Origin: an uncultured virus (IMG/VR IMGVR_UViG_3300003267_000135)
Lineage: Duplodnaviria > Heunggongvirae > Uroviricota > Caudoviricetes
Length of the DNA stretch: 64,000 nt
IMG/VR virus record: IMGVR_UViG_3300003267_000135
Coordinates: 1 to 64,000 of that record
Direction: 5' to 3' (one strand)
Both the position numbers and the translations under genes were made by a program. The notes under the pieces are model-generated. The model was not told where the DNA came from, searched no databases, and saw only the letters and a program-made list of their open reading frames with translations. Position 1 is the stretch's first letter, and each line of letters starts with the position of its first letter. Shown here piece by piece: positions 44,892 through 54,941 of the stretch.

Positions 44892-46121
44892 ATGTCGTGC
44901 TCTCCGATTCCGATCGACCTTGCGACTCAGTTTTTCAGTCGTGACCCGACGCGCCTCTATGGCCCGATCGCGAAGTCACTTTTGACCGGCGTTCCTTACA
45001 TCAGCGTTCTCCGCAGCGGCACGTTTCCGGCCGCGGTGGCGGCGACGCTCCTTTCCGTGGCGCAAGGGCGTCCGCGGATGGGCACTTCGCTGGCGAATCC
45101 GTCGTTCACGTCGATGATCGACTTGTGCGGCAGCGGTTCGCTGGTCGTGGACAAGAACGGCACGAACCAATACTCCTACGTTGCCGAGATCAACCAGGGC
45201 ATGTCGGACAAAATCTGTCTGAATCAGGGTTTCAGCGCGTTCATGGGTTCGCTCACGGCGCAGTTGGAAGCCTATCAGACGGGCGTAACGGAGGTGATCA
45301 ACGCCGACGTGCGTTATCAACTCTATCTGCGGTCCGGCGTGAAGGCCGTCGTTCAAGTCGGCGTCCAGCCGACGGCAATGATCACGGGCGGCGAGTATCA
45401 GATCGACACGCCGGTTCCGGCGATCGAGTCCGATGCGCGGCTCACGCAAAACCTGTTGCAGAGCTTCAACCGCTACATGCGGTCGGCACTGCGGGCGAAG
45501 CCGTTCGGTGCGGGGGCGCAGGCGCATTCGCGCTTGATCGCCTCGCCGGACGAGCTGGACGCCATCCGCGAAGACCTCGGCGGCGCGGCTGGTCCCGGTG
45601 GCGCAAACATCGTGCCGCTCGGTCAGGTTGCGGCCGGTGGCAACAAGATGGCGATCGACGCGCTGATCGGCTACCTGTTCGAGCCGCTTTACCGCGGCGT
45701 GCAATACGGCGAAGACCCGATTCCGCTGCGCCTGAACTGGAACGGCGCTGGCTACGACCCGGTTGACCCGAACGCCGACTACTCGGCGACGGTCGGCACG
45801 GTCGCACAGGTCAGCTCGGATTGGCTGGAAGCGAGTCACGAAGTCGCGTTCCTGTTCTTCGACGGCTCGTTTGAGCGCCAAGTTCCGGCCCCATGGACCG
45901 GCGAGGGCAAAATTCGCTTCGCCCGGCAAATGTTCGGCGGGGACATTCAGTTCCTCAATCACCCGGACATGGTGTGCAATCTGTTCAGCGACTACGGCGT
46001 GATGGCCTACCGCATTGGCCGCGCGCTGCGTCCGCTGTATCCGTGGTTCGTTCTCCCCATCATCTACAAGCGATGCTTGGACGAGGCGAACCTCGACACT
46101 TGCACGGGCGTTAGCGGCTAA
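44892..46121 (+). CDS. Putative major capsid protein
   Basis: 409 aa, strong codon bias, long leader, strong terminator after it, precedes tail genes. Confidence 0.72.
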   Translation: MSCSPIPIDLATQFFSRDPTRLYGPIAKSLLTGVPYISVLRSGTFPAAVAATLLSVAQGRPRMGTSLANPSFTSMIDLCGSGSLVVDKNGTNQYSYVAEINQGMSDKICLNQGFSAFMGSLTAQLEAYQTGVTEVINADVRYQLYLRSGVKAVVQVGVQPTAMITGGEYQIDTPVPAIESDARLTQNLLQSFNRYMRSALRAKPFGAGAQAHSRLIASPDELDAIREDLGGAAGPGGANIVPLGQVAAGGNKMAIDALIGYLFEPLYRGVQYGEDPIPLRLNWNGAGYDPVDPNADYSATVGTVAQVSSDWLEASHEVAFLFFDGSFERQVPAPWTGEGKIRFARQMFGGDIQFLNHPDMVCNLFSDYGVMAYRIGRALRPLYPWFVLPIIYKRCLDEANLDTCTGVSG

Positions 46122-46142
46122 ACGCCGCCGGCACTCACTGCT

Positions 46143-46190
46143 ATGGGAGCGGTTCCGCGCGTTACGGCAGTCGGGACCGCTCCCATTTTT
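46143..46190 (+). terminator. Rho-independent terminator
   Basis: ATGGGAGCGGT..ACCGCTCCCAT stem followed by T tract. Confidence 0.8.
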
Positions 46191-46251
46191 CTAGGTAAAG
46201 TTTTCCGAAAACGTCAGTGGATGGGGTTCTGAAAAATCCGATTATTACACC

Positions 46252-47418
46252 ATGGCAACAGGCGTTCTGATCTCGTCTTTTACGTATGTCGGAGTGCCGC
46301 CGTTGAGCGCGGTATTCGGGTTTTTCAAAACCTCGTCAGGCGTTCAAATCCAGCGGATTCAGATTTCGGCGCAAACGCCGCCCGTTGGTGGCAACATCAC
46401 CGTTCAGCTCGTTGATGAGGCTGGAAACGCCTACGTTGGCGCTACTGTGGCGCTCCCAAGTGGATCGCCATATTACGATCAGCCGCTTGCGGCCCCGATT
46501 TCGCTAGGACTTGCGAAAATCGTTCGAGCGCAGATTACGGGCGTCGATCTTGGGGTGGCATCAGACCTCACCGTCAATTTGATTGGCGCAACAGCGCAAG
46601 GCACGACGCCGCCCAGCGGATGCGGGCCGTCGAATTGCCAGCCACCGCAGGCACAACTTCTGTTTTTTCAGGGAAACGTCCAACAGCAGGTTGCCGAAGC
46701 GGCGGCGGAGGCAGCAGCGGCGGCAGCAAGTGCCACCGCGGCGAATGACTCGGCCGTTGCAGCGGCGTCTTCCGCCAGTGCTGCCGCGGGTTCTGCCAAC
46801 GCAGCGGCGGCAAGTGATACGAACGCCGCCGCACAGGTTGTCTTGGCGGCGGGCTACGCGACGAATGCCAATAACGCAGCGGCAGCAGCCAACACGTATG
46901 CCGGACAGGCGGCGACGAGCGCCACCAACGCGGCAACTAGCGCCGCCGAAGCGGCGGCAAGTGCTGCTGCCGCCAATACAAGGGCCGCGGCAACGATCGG
47001 GCTCACAGTAGGAGCCACGCACACGATTCCCGACGCGGCTGAAACCGTGGTCAATTGGGACGGGGCCAATTTCGACGATGCGGCGTTCTGGAACTCGGGG
47101 GCTCCAAGCCGGATCACGGTTCCGGCAGACGTTACGCGGGTTCGTCTCAGCGCCGGCATTCGCTGGCCGTCTGCGGCAACGGGCTCACGCAAGATCACCA
47201 TCAAGAAAAACGGCGGTGAGGCGTGGGCGACGTGTGATCTTTCCAGCGTCGATACCGGCAACGGCACGATTTTGACGCCAATCATCGAAGTGATCCCCGG
47301 CGATTACTTTGAGGTTTATGTGGAGCAGGATTCCGGAGGCCCACTCGACTTGGAAACTTCCACGGTCAACGCCAACCGCAGCAATTTCTTTTGTGTTGAG
47401 GTGATGGGGCAGTCCTGA
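46252..47418 (+). CDS. Virion fibre/decoration protein
   Basis: Ala-rich coiled-coil stalk plus beta-rich C1q-like C-terminal domain (SRITVP..GDYFEVYVEQDSG). Confidence 0.6.
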   Translation: MATGVLISSFTYVGVPPLSAVFGFFKTSSGVQIQRIQISAQTPPVGGNITVQLVDEAGNAYVGATVALPSGSPYYDQPLAAPISLGLAKIVRAQITGVDLGVASDLTVNLIGATAQGTTPPSGCGPSNCQPPQAQLLFFQGNVQQQVAEAAAEAAAAAASATAANDSAVAAASSASAAAGSANAAAASDTNAAAQVVLAAGYATNANNAAAAANTYAGQAATSATNAATSAAEAAASAAAANTRAAATIGLTVGATHTIPDAAETVVNWDGANFDDAAFWNSGAPSRITVPADVTRVRLSAGIRWPSAATGSRKITIKKNGGEAWATCDLSSVDTGNGTILTPIIEVIPGDYFEVYVEQDSGGPLDLETSTVNANRSNFFCVEVMGQS

Positions 47419-47495
47419 AGCCGATAATCACAATGACGCGGCGCGACTGGCTCGCTGCCATCCTACAAACCAAACTCGCGATACAATTCTTCCAT

Positions 47496-49430
47496 ATGAG
47501 CTGCGGATGCCAACCCTCTTCGTCGAACTGCACGCCGTTCAATCCTTGCGCGCCTGAAAACTATGGCGGCATGTTCCCGTCTCTCGTGGGGCCAATGGGT
47601 CCTCCCGGTGGTCAGGGCACATTTCTGGAAAATTACGGGCTCCTTCGCGCGATCGATGCGACGGTTTTCCAAAACGGATATTTGGCCTACGTAGCCGGAT
47701 ACGCGGTGGCGGGCGACGGTGGTGAAGGAATCTTTCAATACCTTCCCGCGAGCGTGGCGGCAGATAACGACGGGACGATCATTTCGCCCGCCAATGCAAT
47801 TGGCCGATGGCATCGCGTGTTCAGCGGATCGGTGAATGTGCGCTGGTTCGGCGCGAACAACAACGGCATAGTTGATGCCACGACCAAGGTTCAAAACGCG
47901 ATCAACTTCTGCAAGACATCCAGCAATCGCATTCTGTTCTTCCCGGTCGGAACGTATCTGGTGACGCAATCGCTCAACTGCACGTTCGATGCCGATGGGG
48001 AAGCGGCGTTTTGGATCGTCGGCGAGGACTGGAGAAAATCCATCATCAATGGGATTTTGACCGAGGCATATCCCGTTCTCGACTTCTCCGGTGACACGCG
48101 AGGCGGCATCAGAAACATCGAAGTTGTAGCGCCGACCGGATTGGCGACATGCACCGTGTTTTCGGCGAAACCAACTGCCGCCGCGAATTACGGTAACGTC
48201 TTCACGGTGGATCACTGCGCCATCGGTTTGAAAACCGGAGTGACCGGAACAATCAACGACGTTGCGTTGGTCATTTACAACACTGACCTATCAAGCGTCT
48301 TCAATTCCGAGATCAATGGTCCGACGGCCTGCACCGCGGGATTTGGGAAACGCGCTGCGATCACGTCGAAATATCAGACCACGCCAGCGTTGCAGGATAG
48401 CACGTTGATCAAGGTGCAAAATTGCATCTTCAATTCGTGGGCAGGCCCATCATTTGAATATACGGGCGGGGCCAAGCTGGTGTTGGACTTCTGCTATCTC
48501 GCGCTCGTGGGAGCCGGCTACACCTCGAACTTCAAGATCAGTGGAACGGGCGGAAAATCGGTGTATGCCCGTTCTCTTGAGATGGAAAACCAGAGCGTTC
48601 ACGCCAACGTGGATGCCATCTATTTCGAAACGCCTTCCTTGTGCGGCGAAATATCGGGCGACATTGAGGCCGGCTCTGCGGGCGGTGACAGAATGTTCAA
48701 TGCCCCGGTGTCACTCGGATCGTCGATGGCTCAATACAAGCTCATCGTTGCGAGTTCGGTTAATCCGATTTTCCGGTCCGGAACCGTTGTCAAAAACGTT
48801 CAGGTTTTCACCCAGCAGAACACGTTCGGCGGACCGCTGGACGCTACGAGTTACGGATTGGACATCGCAGAGAGCGCAGACAATTGGGGACGTGCGGCAA
48901 AAACACGATGGGCAGCTCGGATTGAGCGTCCCTTCGATGATAATGTCATCATGTCCGACGGCTCCGCAAGCGCCGATCCGCTGCTTCTGGAGCCCGATGT
49001 TCAAGTTTGGCCAACATTCCGAGACGCACGCTTGAGGGTCGCACGTTCGTCCGCCGAATGGCTGCAAATTGTTGGGTGCGCTGCCGGACACGTTGGCGGC
49101 GGTGCAAACAACATCATGGCGATTGACACGGTTGGAAATCCAAACGCTCGCCGGATCATCATTCGAAAGTCGGTCGATGCCGGCGCAACTTACACGCAGC
49201 TTGGGGCGATTTCGCTTTTGGGAGACATGGAGTTGTCGGGCACCGTTCAACCAAATGGTTATACTGTCGCCAACCTGCCGAGCGGCCTGACTCAAAGCTA
49301 CGCTATCGCATTCGTGTCGGATGCCACCACGGCACAGGGGGTCGGAAGTGGCTTGGCCCCGGTCGGCGGCGGCGCAAATAAGCGGCCCGTCTTTACCACC
49401 AACAACGGGACGAACTGGCTGCAATTTTAA
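47496..49430 (+). CDS. Tailspike with pectate-lyase-like beta-helix
   Basis: GY...GDGG.G.F, VNVRWFGA..DAT..VQNAI..FFPVGTYLV; start at ATG 47496 or 47433. Confidence 0.8.
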   Translation: MSCGCQPSSSNCTPFNPCAPENYGGMFPSLVGPMGPPGGQGTFLENYGLLRAIDATVFQNGYLAYVAGYAVAGDGGEGIFQYLPASVAADNDGTIISPANAIGRWHRVFSGSVNVRWFGANNNGIVDATTKVQNAINFCKTSSNRILFFPVGTYLVTQSLNCTFDADGEAAFWIVGEDWRKSIINGILTEAYPVLDFSGDTRGGIRNIEVVAPTGLATCTVFSAKPTAAANYGNVFTVDHCAIGLKTGVTGTINDVALVIYNTDLSSVFNSEINGPTACTAGFGKRAAITSKYQTTPALQDSTLIKVQNCIFNSWAGPSFEYTGGAKLVLDFCYLALVGAGYTSNFKISGTGGKSVYARSLEMENQSVHANVDAIYFETPSLCGEISGDIEAGSAGGDRMFNAPVSLGSSMAQYKLIVASSVNPIFRSGTVVKNVQVFTQQNTFGGPLDATSYGLDIAESADNWGRAAKTRWAARIERPFDDNVIMSDGSASADPLLLEPDVQVWPTFRDARLRVARSSAEWLQIVGCAAGHVGGGANNIMAIDTVGNPNARRIIIRKSVDAGATYTQLGAISLLGDMELSGTVQPNGYTVANLPSGLTQSYAIAFVSDATTAQGVGSGLAPVGGGANKRPVFTTNNGTNWLQF

Positions 49431-49434
49431 CGAC

Positions 49435-49836
49435 ATGAACGACTCCGCATATTCCAACGAGATCGACCTTGGCCGCAAGGAGCCGGACCTTGGCGAGATC
49501 AAGCCCGCGTCGCCGGCCGGCAAGAAAGGCAAGCCGCGCGTGTTCTATCCCTCGCTCTACATTGATAACGTCGAAGGGATTCCATCGCTGCCCAAAGAGG
49601 GACGCATGTTGGTCGAGTTCCGTCGCAAGCGGATGAGCGTCGAGGAAAACATGGACGGCAAGGAAACGGCGGGAGTGACGCTCGAAATTCGCAAGCTCTG
49701 TCTGCCGGAAGACATGGCCGAGGAGGGAGACGACATGGCAAGCGCGATGAAGGATTTTGCCAAGGGCAACGGCGTGGACACAGGAACAGCCGAAGCCAAG
49801 GACGATCGGGACGACGATGACGGCGACGAGGAATAA
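49435..49836 (+). CDS. Acidic hypothetical protein
   Basis: YPSLYI..LPKEG..VTLEIR; acidic tail. Confidence 0.6.
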   Translation: MNDSAYSNEIDLGRKEPDLGEIKPASPAGKKGKPRVFYPSLYIDNVEGIPSLPKEGRMLVEFRRKRMSVEENMDGKETAGVTLEIRKLCLPEDMAEEGDDMASAMKDFAKGNGVDTGTAEAKDDRDDDDGDEE

Positions 49837-49841
49837 TCAAC

Positions 49842-50819
49842 ATGATCGTCACGGTGCGCGACGCTTGGGAAGGTTCTAAAAATCCGGCCATACTCGGAAT
49901 CGGTAGCCGCGATCTTTTTCTTGATTACCTGAAACGCGCTGTCGAGTTGGCAGCGTTCAAGGCCAATTATCAGGTCTGGCTTGGCACGCTGGATGTGTGC
50001 AGTAATCATTGCGGCTACGTCACACTACCTTCGTTTGTGGGAACGGTGCTACAGGTGAACGTAGGCGGCGCTCCAACCATGTTCCGCAATCCGTGGTATG
50101 GCTTCCACGTCAACGGAGCTGGCGATCAGTGTTGCGGTCCAGCCGTCGGATTTTCAGACGATCTTGGCTACTCTCCTACGTTTCAGGACTTGAAGGAATG
50201 GAGCATGGTCGCAGCCATTTGCGAGGACGCGATCGACGGCAACGGCTCGCTCAAGATGATCGTCGAAGGCGAGACGATGGATGCGATGAGCAATCCAAAG
50301 GAAGCCATCACGATTCCGGCAAGCGGCCCGTCGTTGTCCGGCGTGCAAATTCCGCTGATGCTTAATTGGGCCAGCAGCGATCCGGCGTTCACGTGGTTCA
50401 AGAAGATCACTCGCGTCACGAAGCCCGTCACCCGCGGTTATGTGAAGTTGATCGGTTTTCCGCAACGCTCGATGGCAACGGCGGTGACGCTCGGCTACTA
50501 CGCTCCCAACGAGACAAATCCGATTTTCCGGCGCATTCGTGTAGGGTGCGCGTGCAGTTGGGTGCGCCTAAAATATCGCCGCGCGTCACTTGCCATGGTT
50601 AATGATTGGGATGTTGTGCCGATCGGTAGCTATCAGGCGACGCTCGAATTGCTGAAGGCTATCCGGTTGGCGGATACAAACGACGTGGCCGCAAGTGAGG
50701 CGTATTTGGCGCGTGCGGTGCGTTTGCTCAATGAAGTCGAAAGTATCCAAAATGGCAGCACATGGAGCCCGATCCAAGTTGAGCCGGGCTTTCTCTACGG
50801 GACACTCGATTGGCGCTGA
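49842..50819 (+). CDS. Putative tail adaptor/tubular protein
   Basis: Position and size before the nozzle-like gene. Confidence 0.5.
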   Translation: MIVTVRDAWEGSKNPAILGIGSRDLFLDYLKRAVELAAFKANYQVWLGTLDVCSNHCGYVTLPSFVGTVLQVNVGGAPTMFRNPWYGFHVNGAGDQCCGPAVGFSDDLGYSPTFQDLKEWSMVAAICEDAIDGNGSLKMIVEGETMDAMSNPKEAITIPASGPSLSGVQIPLMLNWASSDPAFTWFKKITRVTKPVTRGYVKLIGFPQRSMATAVTLGYYAPNETNPIFRRIRVGCACSWVRLKYRRASLAMVNDWDVVPIGSYQATLELLKAIRLADTNDVAASEAYLARAVRLLNEVESIQNGSTWSPIQVEPGFLYGTLDWR

Positions 50820-50822
50820 TCC

Positions 50823-52898
50823 ATGGAAACGCCACTGCCATCACGCATCACCGTCCAAGGTGGCAATTACAACGGGCAAGCCGTTGGATGGCCGCTTGGG
50901 GTGGATAGCTTCAGCCATCCTCTGTTTGTGGACGCGCGCCAATTGCGCTGGCTGGAAAACGCTGTGACGCAGGGCGGCTTCATGCAGGTGCGGCCGGGAT
51001 TTCTGACGCGTGGCGTGTTCGATGCCAACGTTCAGGGGAGCCTTGCAAATCTGTGGTGGATTGCAAATGAAGGCCCGTTGATGCACCCGCAAATGCTCGT
51101 GCGATTTCGACCGAGTGGAGGATCATCGGACCAGTTGGTTTTTGCCGTCGCTGGCAGCGTGTTTTACTGCGCGGTCAATCCGGATGGATCGCTGGGGCCA
51201 ATCGCGCAAATTCCGGGGCTGCGATTCAACCGTTATGCGGACGTGCTAGTAGGATGCCGGTGTGTGCAAACCGCGACGATTGAAGCTGGCATCTACAAGA
51301 ACAACGTCGCGCCACGGAACCTACTAATCATTCAGGACGGCGTTAATCGCGCCGGCATTTGGGATGGAAATGTGGGTGTTCACGCCAATCCCCAAAAGAA
51401 GATCACGAACACGGCAACGGGAGACACGCTCTATCCCGAGGCGTGGAACCAGACGCGCATTGGCCTTTGGATGGCATGGAGTGGCAACCGTCTTTTCGTG
51501 TTTGATGGTCCGAACGGCTATGCGTCCGACCTCAACGACCCAACGCATTTCACCGAGGAACTGAACTTACAGTCGTTCCCGAAATTTGTTTTTCCTGAGG
51601 ACGTGACCGGGGCGATTGACCGTGGCACGAGCGGCACAACGCGGAGCCAAGTGGTCGTCTTCACCCAGACAACGACTTGGACGCTATGGAGCGGAATCCA
51701 AAACCGCTTGCCGTCGCCGTATGGCGTGGGCTGGCAGTTCACGGACGATTTTCAGACGAAGATTTTCGATGCGGTCGGCTGCGTCGCGGGCAAGTCCGCG
51801 ATCGTCCATCGCGGGCTGCTTTATTGGAAGTCGCAGGGCGGTCTTGTGCTGTTCGATTCCGCCCAGACGGTGAACAGCTCGCAAAACCTTCCGCCGATTG
51901 ATTCGGAAATGGCGTATTCAAAAACCAAGGTATCGCCGGCAGCGGAGGGGATCGATCTGACCTGTGCGGGCCGATTCGACAACTATGTGTTTTGGTCTGT
52001 TCCCGTTGGGCGCGTGACCGATGGTCGTCGCTACTGCGCCCACACACAGGTCTTGGACCGCCAAACCACCGTTGTCCGCAGTTCGGGGGTGCAAGGCCCG
52101 TTCAGCGGCGGGAGCACGGGTTGGCAAGGCGTCTGGACGGGCATCCGTCCGGTCGAATGGGCGGGTGTGAAGGTTGGTGGACATGACCGCGCGTATGCGC
52201 TTTCCTTGGATGGTCCGGGGGCGGTCCGAATCTGGGAGGCGTTTCAGTCCAATCGAGCCGACAACGGGCGTCGCATACCGTGGCTTTTTGAAACAAGATC
52301 GCATCCGGTCCAGCCGACGATTTTTGGATATGCGCAGTTCAACCACTTTCGACTTCTGATGGATCAGATTGGCGGCAACGTGGACTTGCTCGGCTACTGG
52401 CGTGGGATCAAGGGCACGTATCACCAGTTGCTAGATACGCGCATCACGGCGACGCCGGGGACCGTTCTGCTGCCGCTTCCGCAGTTCACGCCGATCACCA
52501 ATGGCACTCAAAACGGCAGTTTGGCGCTTCAGGGGCGCACGGTGATTTCGCCGAATCACCTTGGGCCGACGGAATGCGGTTCGCAGAATGTCGAATCCGA
52601 GTGGGACGACTCAAAGGATCACGCTTTCAGCATTGCTGTTAGGGTCACGGGCCGAGCCGCAGTCTCCGCTTATATGCTGGCAGTCGATTCGCTGCGCGAC
52701 AACAGTGACGGCACCGCGCAGAAGGCAACCGGCGTAAGTGAAGAGGGGTTCAATTTAATGCCCGAAGGCGGATGCCCGTCGCACGAGGACGGAGCGACGC
52801 CAGATTATGTGGCCCAGCCGCAGCCGCCGCAGCTTGTGGCTTGCCCGTATCTGCCCGCACAAATGTTGACGGACGAATATATCGCACCCACGGCTTAA
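50823..52898 (+). CDS. Putative tail nozzle/DNA stabilisation protein
   Basis: 691-aa beta-rich protein in podophage tail order; LENA..GG..RPG, NRLFV..SD. Confidence 0.6.
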   Translation: METPLPSRITVQGGNYNGQAVGWPLGVDSFSHPLFVDARQLRWLENAVTQGGFMQVRPGFLTRGVFDANVQGSLANLWWIANEGPLMHPQMLVRFRPSGGSSDQLVFAVAGSVFYCAVNPDGSLGPIAQIPGLRFNRYADVLVGCRCVQTATIEAGIYKNNVAPRNLLIIQDGVNRAGIWDGNVGVHANPQKKITNTATGDTLYPEAWNQTRIGLWMAWSGNRLFVFDGPNGYASDLNDPTHFTEELNLQSFPKFVFPEDVTGAIDRGTSGTTRSQVVVFTQTTTWTLWSGIQNRLPSPYGVGWQFTDDFQTKIFDAVGCVAGKSAIVHRGLLYWKSQGGLVLFDSAQTVNSSQNLPPIDSEMAYSKTKVSPAAEGIDLTCAGRFDNYVFWSVPVGRVTDGRRYCAHTQVLDRQTTVVRSSGVQGPFSGGSTGWQGVWTGIRPVEWAGVKVGGHDRAYALSLDGPGAVRIWEAFQSNRADNGRRIPWLFETRSHPVQPTIFGYAQFNHFRLLMDQIGGNVDLLGYWRGIKGTYHQLLDTRITATPGTVLLPLPQFTPITNGTQNGSLALQGRTVISPNHLGPTECGSQNVESEWDDSKDHAFSIAVRVTGRAAVSAYMLAVDSLRDNSDGTAQKATGVSEEGFNLMPEGGCPSHEDGATPDYVAQPQPPQLVACPYLPAQMLTDEYIAPTA

Positions 52899-52910
52899 CC
52901 ATTCGCGACG

Positions 52911-53636
52911 ATGCCTAATCAGACTGTTCCAATCACACTGAGCTGGGGGCCGACAACGGGCGACGTGAGCGCGCTCGACATCAACCAGCTTGGCACGCTC
53001 ATCGCGCAACAGTTGTCCGGTTCGTTGCGGGCAGACATTTCCTTCATCCCAATCGTCACAAACGATCCCGCGGCTTATCAGGGTCAGTTGATTTTCAACG
53101 TCGCCCAAAACCTATTCAAGTCGTGGAGCATTGGGGCCGGTGCGTATGTGGCCATTTCTCCTTACGCCGTGGGCGATGTGAAAAACACGTTTATCGGAAA
53201 CGATTCCGTCGTGACAGGGTGGGTCATTCTGAACGGGCGTAAGATTTCCGACATCACGGGCCTTTCGGCCGCACAGATTTCCAACTTGCAAGGGCTGTTT
53301 GGCGCGAGCGTTGATCAAGCCATTCCAAGTGTATCCCCCGCCAATGTGAGTGGATTGCCGCAGGGAAATGCATTTGGGAATATCCCTTGGGGTGGAAATC
53401 TCGACCCAAGTGTTTTGCCGAATGCCGGCACGTTCGCATCAATGGCATTTACCAATCCCGTGACCGATACTGAGGCGACGGCGCTTGCCAATAATTGCGA
53501 GACACTTCGCACGTCCACCGATCAAGCATTCACGGTGACAAAACAGATTCAGGCATTGTGCCAGCAGGTTCTCACGGCACTCAACACAGCCAGCACGCCG
53601 CCGCTCTACGCTTCCGTTTTCATAGGATACCCGTGA
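52911..53636 (+). CDS. Virion structural protein
   Basis: Collar-like VGDVK..GWVILNG. Confidence 0.55.
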   Translation: MPNQTVPITLSWGPTTGDVSALDINQLGTLIAQQLSGSLRADISFIPIVTNDPAAYQGQLIFNVAQNLFKSWSIGAGAYVAISPYAVGDVKNTFIGNDSVVTGWVILNGRKISDITGLSAAQISNLQGLFGASVDQAIPSVSPANVSGLPQGNAFGNIPWGGNLDPSVLPNAGTFASMAFTNPVTDTEATALANNCETLRTSTDQAFTVTKQIQALCQQVLTALNTASTPPLYASVFIGYP

Positions 53637-54157
53637 TCACCGTCCTTCCAACTGACGACGTTGAGATCGTAAACCGGCTGGCGAACCACCCGGACATTGC
53701 TCCGCACGTTCGCGATGACAGCGTTACGGGCACGATCGATCTGTCGTCGCTGTGCAATGGCGCAAACGTCTTCCTGTTGATTCAGTTCGACGGCGAGCCC
53801 GTCGGATTCGTCATCATGGTTAAAATCGCACAAGGCATCTATGAGCAACACAGCGGGATTTTGGCCGCACACCGCGGACGCGAGGCGTTGCACGCCGGCA
53901 ACGAAGTGCTTCGGCACATGTTTCGCCGCACCGATTGCATGACGGTGGTGACATGGGCTTGGGTGACGGCTCGACACGTGCGTCTAATGGCGCGATTCCT
54001 TGGTTTTACGGAGCAGGCGCGCGAGCTGTGGCCCAACACCGTGAACGGGCTTCGTGCCGAGCGCGTAATTTTTACTCTGACTCTCGCTGAATGGGCGCAG
54101 AACCAGAAAGGAAAGGTTGAAGCATCATGCCAATCGCAGCCGCACTCCCTTATTTAG
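53633..54157 (+). CDS. GNAT-fold protein (head/tail assembly type)
   Basis: IYEQH..IL...RG; A..LGF; GTGA-coupled; precedes ejection proteins. Confidence 0.6.
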   Translation: MITVLPTDDVEIVNRLANHPDIAPHVRDDSVTGTIDLSSLCNGANVFLLIQFDGEPVGFVIMVKIAQGIYEQHSGILAAHRGREALHAGNEVLRHMFRRTDCMTVVTWAWVTARHVRLMARFLGFTEQARELWPNTVNGLRAERVIFTLTLAEWAQNQKGKVEASCQSQPHSLI

Positions 54158-54936
54158 CTACCGCCGCTACGGTCGCGGGCACAGTTAGCAGCATCAACGC
54201 GAACAAGAAACTCGCGGGCGCGGCGCAATCGGGTGTCGATGCGCAGCGCAACATTGCGGCTGATTTGAAATATCAGCCGATCGACATTGAAAAGCTGAAG
54301 TCAGACGCGACCAAGCAAGCGATCCAGAACGCGACGCAATCTCTGGCCTTGGAGCGTTCGTTGCAACCGGACGTTGCCAACACGCGGGCCAATCTTGCCA
54401 GCAGCGTGAGCGATCAGCTTGCGCAAGGTGGGAACCTACCGGCCGACATCGCAAACAAAGTCGCAATGGAAGCGCGCACCGTGGGTGCTCGCAGCGGCAC
54501 GCAGGACAACGTTGCGCCAGTCACGGCATCGCTCATCGGCCTGACTTCGCTGGACCTTCTCCGCAATCGACAGGGCGCAGCGGCCAACTTGCTTGCGGCT
54601 AATCCGCTGCAACCAACCGGCCTTGATCCCGGTGCAGTCGCGTCTGCGGAAGTTGCCCAAAATGCTGCGTTGAACGACTTCAATTTGGCGAAGGCTGGCG
54701 TGGACTCCAATATCGCGCGCGGCCAAACCGGGGCTGATGCAGCCGCCATCGGGGCCAACGCGAGCGTGATCCCTGCGATCGGGTCGGCGCTGACATCGAT
54801 CGGATCACTCTTTCGTTCGACACCGACGACGGGCGCCACGGCTGGGCTTCCGAAAACGACAACGCTGCCGGCATTCAATTACGTGTTGCCCAAGACGAAT
54901 TACTCTCTGTTGGGCGGTGCTGCGCCAGTCACCTAA
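54127..54936 (+). CDS. Putative DNA ejection/internal virion protein
   Basis: Ala/Gln-rich with hydrophobic N-terminus; position. Confidence 0.55.
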   Translation: MPIAAALPYLATAATVAGTVSSINANKKLAGAAQSGVDAQRNIAADLKYQPIDIEKLKSDATKQAIQNATQSLALERSLQPDVANTRANLASSVSDQLAQGGNLPADIANKVAMEARTVGARSGTQDNVAPVTASLIGLTSLDLLRNRQGAAANLLAANPLQPTGLDPGAVASAEVAQNAALNDFNLAKAGVDSNIARGQTGADAAAIGANASVIPAIGSALTSIGSLFRSTPTTGATAGLPKTTTLPAFNYVLPKTNYSLLGGAAPVT

Positions 54937-54941
54937 TAACA

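Noticed and set aside
46700..46990. Repeat-like GCN-rich DNA
   Set aside because: Explained by the Ala-rich coiled-coil coding sequence.
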